DNA of 64,000 nucleotides from an uncultured Candidatus Berkelbacteria bacterium (GTDB lineage Bacteria > Patescibacteriota > UBA1384 > CAILIB01): contig CAILIB010000020.1 in assembly GCA_903834195.1 (NCBI GenBank), positions 14,084-78,083 on the forward strand. The letters are read 5' to 3'. The position numbers and the translations under genes were made by a program. Below the pieces are notes generated by a model. The model saw only the letters and a list, made by a program, of their open reading frames with translations, ran no database searches and was not told the DNA's origin. This document shows, in pieces, positions 20,429 through 31,400 of the stretch. How positions within the stretch are numbered: the stretch's first letter is position 1; each line of letters begins with the position of its first letter.

Positions 20429-21385
20429 ATGAATACATCTGCTTTCAACATCACAGGTAAGCGCAAAGTCTGGTATGCGCTCTCAATTCTCTTGATTCTT
20501 CCAGGTATAGTTTCGCTTTTTGTTTGGCACTTAAACGTTGGTATCGACTTCAAGGGCGGTACAATGCAACAGATAACGTTTGCCAATACTCGTCCTGCAA
20601 TTGACCAGCTCCGTAGTGAAGTTGATAAGCTTTCACTACGTGGTTCAACTGTTCAGGAAACCGGGGACAAAGGTGTAATTATTCGCTTTGCTAATCAAGA
20701 TGGCTTAGACCCACACACAACAGCAAATAACATCTCTGCAGCATTCGGCAAACTATCTCCACTTAATACCGATCCAAAGTTAAACAGCTTCCAGAACATT
20801 GGCGGTTCAGTAGCTCAAGACACTACTCGTAACGCTATTACAGCAGTTCTTTTGACCTGTGTAGCCATTATTCTCTTCATTGCCTTCTCGTTCCGATCTG
20901 TTCCAAAACCTGCTAACTCCTGGCGCTTTGCTGTTACCACCATTCTCGCCTTGGCTCACGACCTTCTCTTTGTAGTTGGCGCCTATTCAATCATTGGACA
21001 CTTCTTCCCATCAATTGAGGTTGATTCACTCTTCATTACTGCACTCTTAACCATCCTTGGTTTCTCAGTAAACGACACCATCGTGGTATTTGACCGTATC
21101 CGTGAGAACCTACGTCGAACTAAGCAGAATGTTGATTTCGAAGAGATTACCAATGCAAGCTTAAATCAGACCCTAGCTCGCTCGATTAACACCTCTATGA
21201 CCGTTCTGATCGTGCTTGTAGCCCTTCTTCTACTCGGTGGAGAGAGTATTCGCAATTTCATCCTTGCACTTACCCTTGGTGTAGCCATTGGAACCTATTC
21301 TTCAATCTTCAACGCATCACCTCTGTTGGTAACCTGGCAGAAATGGGCTGATTCCCGAGCTCCTCAGCAGGCTAAGCGTCGCTAA
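20429..21385 (+). CDS. secF: Protein translocase subunit SecF
   Basis: GIDFKGG, HD, GFSVNDTIVVFDRIREN, GTYSSIF. Confidence 0.97.
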   Translation: MNTSAFNITGKRKVWYALSILLILPGIVSLFVWHLNVGIDFKGGTMQQITFANTRPAIDQLRSEVDKLSLRGSTVQETGDKGVIIRFANQDGLDPHTTANNISAAFGKLSPLNTDPKLNSFQNIGGSVAQDTTRNAITAVLLTCVAIILFIAFSFRSVPKPANSWRFAVTTILALAHDLLFVVGAYSIIGHFFPSIEVDSLFITALLTILGFSVNDTIVVFDRIRENLRRTKQNVDFEEITNASLNQTLARSINTSMTVLIVLVALLLLGGESIRNFILALTLGVAIGTYSSIFNASPLLVTWQKWADSRAPQQAKRR

Positions 21386-21940
21386 ATGAAACCGGGGCGA
21401 ATCTTTATAGTTGCGGGAATTTCTGGAAGCGGAAAGGGGACTGTCTCAGATAAGCTAATCGAGAGACATAAAAACTTAGTACGGCCAATTTCAGTCACCA
21501 GCCGAACACCTCGGCCAGGGGAGCGATTTGCTGCCCACTACTATTTTGTTGATAAAACAATCTTCGAGTGGCTAATTGAGACAGAACAACTTCTTGAGCA
21601 CACTACAGTGTGGATGAGTCATTATTACGGCAGTCTGCGATTATCTGTCGAACAATCACTCAAAGAGGGGAGCGACGTTCTTTTTGAAGTAAATACTCAC
21701 GGAATTGAACAAATTACCGCCGTGTTCCCTACTACTAAAACTGTTTTTATTCAGGCACCAAGTGAAGCCGAACAGCGTATCCGCCTGGAACTTAGGGGAA
21801 CAGTGGGAGCAGAGCAAGATGAACGCGTACAAGGCGCTAAGAGCGAGCTTGAATGGGCCGAAGCACACAAATTACACATTGTTACCAATGACGATCTAGG
21901 ACGCACCCTAGAAGAGATTGAAGCATACTTCGAACTATAA
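21386..21940 (+). CDS. gmk: Guanylate kinase
   Basis: GISGSGKGT P-loop, SVTSR.PRPGE, YYFV, YG. Confidence 0.92.
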   Translation: MKPGRIFIVAGISGSGKGTVSDKLIERHKNLVRPISVTSRTPRPGERFAAHYYFVDKTIFEWLIETEQLLEHTTVWMSHYYGSLRLSVEQSLKEGSDVLFEVNTHGIEQITAVFPTTKTVFIQAPSEAEQRIRLELRGTVGAEQDERVQGAKSELEWAEAHKLHIVTNDDLGRTLEEIEAYFEL

Positions 21941-22167
21941 CGCAGAAGGGAAGTACTGTGCATCACTATGTATTCAGTATTTTCACGTCACATAGTGAGA
22001 CGAAGGACACAAAACAATAGCACCACACATGCTAACGTGAAGTACTAAATGTTCGGTTTATAATGTCTCCGAATGTATCTTCTAAGAAATAATAGGACAA
22101 ATTTAGGCAGACTATAATACCAATAAGGTATCGTTAATCAGCTTGTAAATATAGCTACAGGAGCCAA

Positions 22168-25100
22168 TTATAATTCAATCTTTATTCCCTCTTCTAATGA
22201 GATAGGCTCACCTAACGTACTCATTAAGTGCACGTTTTGCTGTACATTTGGGAGCACTTCCCGCTCTTCAACGACTTGTGGGACGTTCGATGTATGTTCG
22301 GTTAGGGAAGGCAAGCTGGGGGAGTCATCAATAATCATCGGGACTAATTCTGATCCTTCCTCAACACCTCCATTCATCCCCTCAAGGCTCCTTTGCTGTT
22401 CCTTTTCAGCAGCTTTAGCAGCTCGACGAGCAAGAACATCAGATTCCTTTTCACCCAAATACCACCTGTTCCCTCCGCGTTGAGACACTTCCTTATATGC
22501 CCAGCCATCTATGACTTTGAGTGGCTTTTCACGGATCGGTCGACGTTCCCTATTCTGATCTTCCTGAACCTGGTTAACAGGTTCAATTATCGCTGCACTT
22601 GGAACAATTTGCTCAGGAACAACTACTTCTGGTGCAGAAACTACTCCCTGCTCTACTACTTCTTCAGGTTTGAGTCCCCTACTCGGCTCTACAACGACTG
22701 GCGGCGGCGTTGTAAATGTTCTCTGTTGTACAGGTTTAAATGGTGCATCAGGAATAACCACTGGACGTGGAGCTGCAACCTGTTGACGCTGCTGTTGATT
22801 TATGTTCGGTTTCTGTTCGTTATGATATGAAACAGGCTGGTTGAGGATTTGCGCTGCAATTTTTTGCGCCTCTTCTGCCTCACGTTTTCGCTTATACCCA
22901 GCAGTCTCATCTATAATATCTTCAACTTGCTCTCTAGGACGAGCAAAGTGTTGATGGGAATACTCAACTACCCTATCCCTAAAATTTGTATCAACTTTCT
23001 TTGGTGGTAATGTCATCGCTGAAAATGCCTGCGAAGCAACACCATCTACCAGCAACTTAATATAGACCCGAGCCATTTGCAGGTTCACCATATCATCAGG
23101 ACCAAATACAGGTGCAAATTCACGAGCTAAGGCTTCAGCATCTTTTGAACCAACACGGAAACAGATAATACTACCAACGTTACCAAAGACAGCCTCACGT
23201 ACTTCATCCGCCATCTGATCGATATACTGGTGAGCAATGGTTAAGCCAAGATTATACTTACGAGCTTCTGAGAGAATCGTCGCAAAAGAATCAGTTGCAA
23301 AGTTCTGGAACTCGTCTACGTACAAGAAACAGTCTGGACGCTGATCAAACGACACATCAGCACGACTCATCGCCGCAAGCTGTACACGTGTAATCATCAT
23401 TGTTCCAAGTAGTGCTGAATTGTCTTCCCCGATTTTACCCTTTGACAGGTTTACGACGAGAATTTTTTGCTCGTCCATCACTTGGCGAATATCAAAAGCA
23501 GACTTTGGCTGACCAACAATATTACGAATCAAGCTTGTTGAAAGAAATTGCCCAACCTTGTTCAAGATTGACCCCATTTCTTCAACCTGTTGTTTTTGCT
23601 CTTTGGCAGCCCATTCATTTTTCCAGAAATCGAGCACAACTGGATCTTTGATCTGTGGAATTACCCAGTTACGAAAACCAGGGTCGGTCAAAATACGTGG
23701 AATACCAAGCATAGTTGGATTCTCAGTATCGAGCAGGGCAAGTGTTGCATTTCGTAGGATATACTCCAAACGAGGTCCCCAAGAGTTTCCGAAAATCTTT
23801 TTAAGTGCACCAACGAATCCTGAAGCGATATTCCCCTTTTGATCTGGATGAGAAATATCGAGCACATTAAATGCAATCGGAAATTCGCGATCAGATGGAT
23901 CAAATACAATCGTATCTTTAATACGATGCTCTGGAACTGACTCAATCACTTTATCTGCAAGCTCTCCGTGCGGATCCACCACAATAACGCCACGACCCTC
24001 ATTAATGTCATCAATGATCATGTTCTCTAGCAGCGTTGACTTTCCTGCACCAGATTTACCAATGATATAGATATGACGCTTACGATCGTTCAATTTAATA
24101 CCAAACTCTTCAACGTGATTACGGAAATCAGTTTTACCAAGTACAGTAAGATCCATTGCAGGAACTTCACTACTCAACGGAACATTCGGTGGAGCTTCAG
24201 CTTTCTTACTACCGGCCCATGAAATTGCTCCACTTTCCACACTAGCAGCAGGGAAGTGATACACCGACGCAAGCTCTTCAATATTGAGCACATTCCCCTT
24301 CTTTTCGAATTCACGGGCAATGTACTGCAACCAACTTGGGTAGTGATCAATTTTAATCTCACCACTCTTGAACCCATTCAGGTTTGTAGTATTGTACTGC
24401 TTGAACGCAGCTAGCGTAGCTTGAATCCGTGCACGCGCACTATTCTCATCCGTACCGATTACAACTAAACGAAAAATAGTTGAGAACCCAAGCTTAGTAA
24501 TCTTTGATTCAATCCCTTTAAGCGCAGCTTCCTGGGGCGAAGATAACTTAGGTGGCTCCCCTGGTTTAGATTCCTCAAAACCAGTTCCCGGGCTAGCGAT
24601 TTCTCGAATTAACTTTACACTAAACCCTGCTGCTCGCATCACTGGATGAGGCTTTTTAGCACCAGGCGTCTTCCCTGCACGCATTGCACCAACGTGAGAC
24701 ACCCCTTTATTTTGCCAATCATCCCCTACTGGTTGAACAACCATTTGTAACCAAATTTGTTCCTTATTTTCAAGATTGTCCATTACAGCCATCAACCCAG
24801 CGAGTGGGTCAATATCAGAACTTGAATAGGTCTTAATTGGGTATACATCATCTTTGGTGAGCTGAATCTCGGCAATTGCTACGTGGAGACCTTCAAGATG
24901 TGCCTCAGCTGTGTAATCTGTAACTTGTTTTATTTGCAACTCGGGGTACTGCGCATAGAGCTGACCTTCAACAAACTCCCGCAACTGCAATGGTGTAAAG
25001 ACATAAAAGACAATTGAATCTTCTTTGGCGACAATCTCAAAAGAAACGTACTCCTGTACAACCTGATCACCCTTAAAGATTCCATGGAGAGCCGAAAAAA

Positions 25101-25227
25101 ACTGCTCTGCAGATGCAGGGCCTTTCTCATTCTTCTTAGGCACCTGAATTGCGAGCACAACAAAGCTCTGAGAGGCCAGCCAGTCAGCACGACGCTTGAG
25201 ATTTTTCGTACTCTTAAAGAGTGCCAT
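22168..25227 (-). CDS. VirD4/TraD-like (type IV coupling protein/HerA-FtsK) ATPase, no N-terminal TM, long disordered C-tail
   Basis: Walker A GKSGAGKS, DPHG, Walker B LYVDEFQNF, SEARKY, HQY..Q. Confidence 0.85.
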   Translation of the reverse strand: MALFKSTKNLKRRADWLASQSFVVLAIQVPKKNEKGPASAEQFFSALHGIFKGDQVVQEYVSFEIVAKEDSIVFYVFTPLQLREFVEGQLYAQYPELQIKQVTDYTAEAHLEGLHVAIAEIQLTKDDVYPIKTYSSSDIDPLAGLMAVMDNLENKEQIWLQMVVQPVGDDWQNKGVSHVGAMRAGKTPGAKKPHPVMRAAGFSVKLIREIASPGTGFEESKPGEPPKLSSPQEAALKGIESKITKLGFSTIFRLVVIGTDENSARARIQATLAAFKQYNTTNLNGFKSGEIKIDHYPSWLQYIAREFEKKGNVLNIEELASVYHFPAASVESGAISWAGSKKAEAPPNVPLSSEVPAMDLTVLGKTDFRNHVEEFGIKLNDRKRHIYIIGKSGAGKSTLLENMIIDDINEGRGVIVVDPHGELADKVIESVPEHRIKDTIVFDPSDREFPIAFNVLDISHPDQKGNIASGFVGALKKIFGNSWGPRLEYILRNATLALLDTENPTMLGIPRILTDPGFRNWVIPQIKDPVVLDFWKNEWAAKEQKQQVEEMGSILNKVGQFLSTSLIRNIVGQPKSAFDIRQVMDEQKILVVNLSKGKIGEDNSALLGTMMITRVQLAAMSRADVSFDQRPDCFLYVDEFQNFATDSFATILSEARKYNLGLTIAHQYIDQMADEVREAVFGNVGSIICFRVGSKDAEALAREFAPVFGPDDMVNLQMARVYIKLLVDGVASQAFSAMTLPPKKVDTNFRDRVVEYSHQHFARPREQVEDIIDETAGYKRKREAEEAQKIAAQILNQPVSYHNEQKPNINQQQRQQVAAPRPVVIPDAPFKPVQQRTFTTPPPVVVEPSRGLKPEEVVEQGVVSAPEVVVPEQIVPSAAIIEPVNQVQEDQNRERRPIREKPLKVIDGWAYKEVSQRGGNRWYLGEKESDVLARRAAKAAEKEQQRSLEGMNGGVEEGSELVPMIIDDSPSLPSLTEHTSNVPQVVEEREVLPNVQQNVHLMSTLGEPISLEEGIKIEL

Positions 25228-25231
25228 TTAA

Positions 25232-25852
25232 TTATATAAGGTTATCAATTACTGCCCATTTTGCAGGCTTTTCTGACGGCACCATAACCATTACACGATC
25301 ACCTGCTTTTAAGCCGTAGAGTGACATATAGTACGTCACACAGGCAGTGAGAATATTATAGGTTGTTCCTTCATCAGTATCTACAACACAATGGTTTCCT
25401 TCCATACGCAGAGTTCCCGCCATTGTTTTGCGCTCGATAGGCCCGAGTTGTTTGTACAAATATTTACCATCTTTGGTAATGTACAGCTTTAGTGGATCAC
25501 CTTCCACAAGCTTACTCTTACTCGCGTAGTTTGGTAGAACTTGGTAACTCTTACCTTGTGCATCAAGCATGCGCTCACCATCAAAGATACCTTCAATAGC
25601 TTCATCTTCTACACGCGGAGCCATTTGCATAAACCCTACTGGAGTTGCTGTATCAGAACCATCTGCATCTAGAGTAACTCCACTATCTGTAGGTGGAATA
25701 TATGAAGCACTAAGAGGAGTGATGTTTGTACTCGTTGAAACGAGATGTCGTAAGGTACGCACATCATTTTCGATTGTCTCAATAAGTCGGAGGATTCGCT
25801 CTGCATTGAGCTGTCCCGCCGCATCTTCTATGATTTCTGTATTATCTTCCAT
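25232..25852 (-). CDS. Conserved hypothetical protein (CPR-type)
   Basis: Clean ORF between the two ATPase genes; EG.FDG..M...Y.V..NYASKSKLVEGD.LKL motif. Confidence 0.7.
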   Translation of the reverse strand: MEDNTEIIEDAAGQLNAERILRLIETIENDVRTLRHLVSTSTNITPLSASYIPPTDSGVTLDADGSDTATPVGFMQMAPRVEDEAIEGIFDGERMLDAQGKSYQVLPNYASKSKLVEGDPLKLYITKDGKYLYKQLGPIERKTMAGTLRMEGNHCVVDTDEGTTYNILTACVTYYMSLYGLKAGDRVMVMVPSEKPAKWAVIDNLI

Positions 25853-25888
25853 TTGGTGTTTATATTAGTGTTTGTATTGCTTTCTATT

Positions 25889-28393
25889 TCACCGTGATGA
25901 TATCACACTACGTGCACGCATGCGAATTTCAGCCTCTACCACATCCCGATCTCGGCCATACTTTAACCGAGAGAGCTGCCGCACTGCCTCGCCTACCTGA
26001 ATGTTTTCATGTGCATCCGGCGCATAGGATGTAACATTGAACGGCTCGGTAGGAGCACCGTCAATAAGCATCCGAATATAGAAATTATATTTCTCTGTAT
26101 TCACCAGGTCATCTATTTGAACTGGGTCCATTTCCTTCTGGAGGAATTCAGCATCAAGCGCGCCAATACGCCAGGAAATCATGGTTCCAATGTTACCCAT
26201 AATCGCATCGCGCGTATCGTCGTCCAACTGTTTAATAAACTGGTTGGTAATATTAAGTGAAAGAGCGTACTTACGTGCTTCGGACAGAATTGTTGCAAAG
26301 GTTTTAGAGGTAAAGTTCTGGAACTCATCCACATAAAGGAAAAATGGCCGACGTTCTGGTTCTGGTATATTTTGACGTGAAAAAGCCGAAATTTGAATTT
26401 TTCCTGAAATAATCATTCCCAAAAGCTGAGCATTCATTTCACCAAGCAAGCCTTTAGGCAACGTTACGAGGAGAATCTTACCTGAGTCCATGACCTCTCG
26501 GAAATTAAAGGCACTATCTTGCTGACCAATAATTGGTCGCATAATATCGTTACTCGTAAACTGAGTAAGTTTTGAGGTAATATATGGAACAATGTTCTGC
26601 AGCGCTGCGTCTCCCCCAGCTTTTTCAGCTTCTTTCGTCCAGAAGTCTACCACAACTTGGTTACGACATTTGGAAAGCTTCATTTTTCGAAACTCCTCAT
26701 CTGCTAACACTTTTGGAATTTCCATAAGCGTTGAACCACTTTCTGGATCTTCCATCAGGAGCAACATTGCATTGCGCATATACTGTTCGAAAATAGGTCC
26801 ACCTGTCGCACGAAGATCGTACAACTTGTCGAAAATTGAAATCATTTCATTGATCACCATTGTTTTTTGCTCTGGGTAGCGAGCATCAAACTCAAGCAGG
26901 TTCAGTGCAATTGGGCGCGTTGTGTCGGAAGGATCAAAGATGATCACATCTTCAGCCCGTTCTTTTGGAATATGCTTAATAATCCATTCAATAGCGTCAC
27001 CGTTTGGATCCATATAACAGACACCGTGACCATTGCGGATATCTTGCAGAATCATGTTCTGGAACATAACAGTCTTACCAACACCAGTTTTTCCAATCAT
27101 GTAGAGGTGTCGCATACGGTCGGTATACTGCATATACACTGGCAACTGTGCTCCACGGAATTGACTAAATCCAAGTGCCACACCACTGGTTGGCATGTTT
27201 GTAGGTGGCGCCAGTTTACGTGAACCAAGCCATTGAATATTCGGTGTGTCGAGATGACGGTTAGGAAAGTGTAGAACACTTGTCAGTTCTTCTGTGTTCA
27301 TAATCAAATCGGTCTGTGATTTTGCAAAGGTTCGCGTAATATACGGTACCAAAAGATCTCGGTCACCCATATTAGACGTTTTGAACCCATTTGATTCAGG
27401 CGACTGGTACTGCTGGAACGAAGAAAGCATAATCTGCACCTGACTCTTTGCCTCAATTTTTGTGTTTGCGCGCGCCACACACCGAATTTGAACCTCAAGC
27501 GCAACCTTGCTTCCTTTATCTACAAGAAGCTTAGCCTGCTGTTCTTGCAATGCGGTGAGACGAACATTTCCACTACTAATGTTATTGGCTTCATTTGAAG
27601 CTGACTCACTCTCAGAACTAGAAGCAATTGCTTTACCCACCTCTTTAACTCCACCAAAAATCTTGTGCAAAAGGCCCTTCTCTTTTGAACTAAATTGCTT
27701 TCCTTGTTGAACGTTTTGAAGTGCATCTTCAATCGATTTTTGCCACGACTGATCAGCTGGGCGAACTAATATCTGAAAAGCTGCCTTCCCCTGCTGAACT
27801 TTAGAGAGTGAATTTGTAATTGCATTAAGTGGATCACCTTCCAGACTTTTGTACGTCCGAATTGGAAAAATGTACGGTTTAAGCATTTTTAATGCAGCAA
27901 CTTCACTTTCCCCACCTTTTTCAGCAAAAATATCGTAATCGTGCGCAGGTTCAATTTGCGCACTTGGGTACTGAGAGTGAATCTGTCGCTCCATCTGCTC
28001 AATGTACTCACCAGGTGTAACTACGTAGAAATAAATTTCTCCATGATGCGTTACAATTTCAAATGAAAATGTTGGTTGACCATGGATTAATTGACGAAAA
28101 TACTTAGTTTCATGAAAGTGTTGCATCACCGAAAAAACCGGCTCCATTAAGCCAATTAACTCCTTCGGATCACGACGCTCCTCGTCCTCTTTTTGCTGTT
28201 TAGGAAGGAGAACTTTTATGGCTTTCAGGGATTCAAAACGTAGCTTCTCAGATTCTGCCCGCTTTTTTGATATGTAAATCCACACTGCAATGCAGCCTAT
28301 AATCAGCACTGCTGCGGTTATACCGAAAAGCAATCCGGCAGAAATGCCGGAATTGCTTGCAGGACTAGCTGTAGAGTAGTCGTACTGACTCAT
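25889..28393 (-). CDS. VirD4/TraD-like ATPase with N-terminal TM anchor
   Basis: TM near N-terminus; Walker A GKTGVGKT, LYVDEFQNF, SEARKY; strong SD AAGGAGG; paralog of 22168-25227. Confidence 0.85.
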   Translation of the reverse strand: MSQYDYSTASPASNSGISAGLLFGITAAVLIIGCIAVWIYISKKRAESEKLRFESLKAIKVLLPKQQKEDEERRDPKELIGLMEPVFSVMQHFHETKYFRQLIHGQPTFSFEIVTHHGEIYFYVVTPGEYIEQMERQIHSQYPSAQIEPAHDYDIFAEKGGESEVAALKMLKPYIFPIRTYKSLEGDPLNAITNSLSKVQQGKAAFQILVRPADQSWQKSIEDALQNVQQGKQFSSKEKGLLHKIFGGVKEVGKAIASSSESESASNEANNISSGNVRLTALQEQQAKLLVDKGSKVALEVQIRCVARANTKIEAKSQVQIMLSSFQQYQSPESNGFKTSNMGDRDLLVPYITRTFAKSQTDLIMNTEELTSVLHFPNRHLDTPNIQWLGSRKLAPPTNMPTSGVALGFSQFRGAQLPVYMQYTDRMRHLYMIGKTGVGKTVMFQNMILQDIRNGHGVCYMDPNGDAIEWIIKHIPKERAEDVIIFDPSDTTRPIALNLLEFDARYPEQKTMVINEMISIFDKLYDLRATGGPIFEQYMRNAMLLLMEDPESGSTLMEIPKVLADEEFRKMKLSKCRNQVVVDFWTKEAEKAGGDAALQNIVPYITSKLTQFTSNDIMRPIIGQQDSAFNFREVMDSGKILLVTLPKGLLGEMNAQLLGMIISGKIQISAFSRQNIPEPERRPFFLYVDEFQNFTSKTFATILSEARKYALSLNITNQFIKQLDDDTRDAIMGNIGTMISWRIGALDAEFLQKEMDPVQIDDLVNTEKYNFYIRMLIDGAPTEPFNVTSYAPDAHENIQVGEAVRQLSRLKYGRDRDVVEAEIRMRARSVISSR

Positions 28394-28419
28394 TTATTTT
28401 TACCCCCTCCTTAAATTCT

Positions 28420-31400
28420 TCAGGTCGTTTTATGAACAGATGATGCATCAATTGGAGTAGTAAAACCCCCTCTAATTTTTTCCTGTGCAGCAAGTAACTT
28501 AGATATCATCTCTACTCGTGCTGCCCTAAATATTCCACCTTGATCAATATTTCCAGTAATGCCTACATTTTCACGTGCAGCATTCTGAAACTCTCTACCT
28601 GCGTCACCGATGGTACGGAATACCTGATTTTCAGTAAATTGCCGACCTGGGTAAAGATCTCCCATCAAGTACTCACCCAATGCCTGAATATTAATTTCAT
28701 TCTGATTTAGAACATCTGGAATCTGCCCTCCCCATGATCTTGCTCGAGTTACCCATGATTCTTTAATAGCATCTCTATTTAATTCAGAATCACTTATTGG
28801 TAAGAGTTCACGCTCCCCTGCAGCTGGTACCACAGGTGGATTATCAATTCTGTTTCTTAGTCCGGCGAGAAAATCTGCAAACTCGTCAAGATTAAACTCA
28901 CGAGCAACCTCTTCCACCTTACTTAAGCCATCTACTAATTCCTCACTGGAATACTCATTGAATTTGTCTGCATAAATCGTACGCGCAATACCTAGCAACA
29001 CATCATTAGTTAAATCAATTGAATCTAAACCTGTTGGAGTATTAGGAACATTACCCTCTGCAATAATTCTAGCAAAATACTCTCTATAAAATGATTCAAC
29101 ATCACTAACAGTCTTTTTATCATGAATGTCACCCATTTCAATGTAAAGTTTGCCAGCAGCATTATTAAATGCTTGTTCTAGATCTGCTTGAACCACACCA
29201 GCACCTAAAACCTCAGGTATTGCATATTGAATAGCTACTAATCGTTGATGAATGTCATCAGCTGAAAAAGTTGAAATTTGACTTCTCAGTTTTGCATTCT
29301 CTTCATCTGAGAATATTAATTCTACAATTTCATCAGACGAATCATCATCTGCAGGATCAAATGCATTCAACTCTGAGATTAAATCATCTGGTATATCATC
29401 GATCTTTTCTAATCCAATACCTTTAAGTAATTCAGATTCAGGAGTTGGAGCTACTTCTGGAACTTGTAAGACATTGCTTAAAGCATCTTCAGTATTATAT
29501 TCATCACTTGCGAGAAGAGTACCGCGGGCTGTTGTAAGCAGATTGACCAATCGATCCCTATTTCCAGTTCCTGAGGCTATATTTTCTAGTGCATTTAAAC
29601 ACTGTGAAATACGTAGAATAACATCATCCAACATGATATTACTCTCTGATCCAAGAAAGAGATCATGCCCAATCCCCCTAAATGTATGAGGCAGAACTGT
29701 TAACCCTTCAGGTATATCTGCTTGATTAACAAGCACTGTCACTATATCTTTTTCAATCTTTTCCTGACTAATCCTCTCAGTGATATCAATTCCACTATTA
29801 CTAGAATCTAATCGATCTGAGACCGCCATACAAATCGCTGTAAGATCCTCACCATACAAAGCCAGTTCAGGGTTTATGCCAGCTGTTTCAAGTTCGGCAC
29901 GTACATGGAAATATTCAGCTGCTGCATACACAAGACTAGTAGCATTATCCAGGTTAGAAATAGCATTACGAAAACGCTGTAATTTTGCATCAATTTCTAG
30001 GTCAGCCTCACTGTGTGGCTCTGGACGATTATTTAACTCAGACTGCATCAAGCCCATCCACGGATTTGCAACAATCTTTAACTCACGCTTAGCATGCTCA
30101 ACAAATGCACCTTCATCAGCAATATTATTCAGAGCTAAATAGTAAGGATTATCTTGAACTTTAACCCCAGAATCGGTAGAAATTGGATGCGCATCCGGAT
30201 TCACTAAGCGATCATACTGATACTTATTATCTTCAAGCATCTTAGCATGAATACTTTTGAGCTTTTCAGCAATTTGCAGATAAAACTCATGCTCAGCTCT
30301 GGTCTTATTATTAAACTGATCTGGTCGAGTCTTATCGTTATCAGTACTAAACCGTGGGTCCTTTTCTCCATTCCGCGAATCATTTTCATCATCAATATCA
30401 GCCATATTCTTGCGAGCTGCGATACCATTAACAATATCAATAAGCAACTGCAAGCGGTTAGCGTACTCTGTTTTTGCAATTATACTTGTACGATCAGCAA
30501 AACCTTTTGCACGTTCCTGCGGAGTTTGAAGGTAGTTAAACAATCCAGCATCTGAATCTAAGCCAGCCAAAATATCTTCAATAGGTTTCATCCAACCTAA
30601 CTGATGATCGCCACGTACATTCGCTGCCTGGTCTTCACTAAGATTGGCAGGTGCATCATTCGGCGTCACATTTACATGATCTAATACCTGCTCATAGAGA
30701 TTGGAACGTAGAACACTTTCGAGGTCACGATTTTCAGCTTCGATAATCGTTAGCACGTTAACAGCTGCACGAACTTGTTCCTTAGTATATTCCCGAATTT
30801 CTTCAGGATTTAACTTCTTCTTTTCCTTGTCTTTGTCCTTATCCTTGTCTTTATCTTTGTCTTTATCTTTGTCTTTTGAATCTTCACCAACTACTTTAAA
30901 TGCACTTCCAACACGATCCTCACCTCGAGCTAATTCAACTAAGTCTCGGGTCATTTCTTGCCAACGAGGGTGGAACTTGCGACCATTTTCACCAATGATT
31001 TCTTCTGGAACAAACTCAACCATTCCAAGTTTGTCGCCAAGTTCTGTGCGAAGGCCATCAATATATTCTTTATTCTCCAGATCCTTACGTGAAACAACAA
31101 TAACTGCACGAAATTCGCCTTCTGCATTCTCTAGAAGCTTCTTCAAATTTTCAATCTGATCTTTATCAGCAAAGTAAATTGTTCCGCCTTTATCAGCATC
31201 ATTCCATTGAGTATCAGTAATCGCACGAAGTTTATCGAAGAGACCCTCATGACCGTTACGTTTGAGAAACTCACGATGACCCTTTACCTTATTCTGAAGT
31301 TCTTTGAGTTTTTCTCTCCCTGAAAGCTCAGTGGTAATGTCCATCTCATCAATCTTCTTGGCATTCAAACGCCTTTGTTCAGCCTCATCAATCATCTTCT

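Noticed and set aside
21941-22167. Replication terminus/dif site at the strand switch
   Set aside because: No convincing XerC/XerD 28-mer, and by eye the + strand stays C-rich on both sides.
22168-28393. Conjugative element or ICE
   Set aside because: No relaxase, integrase, VirB4 or att repeats in the window.
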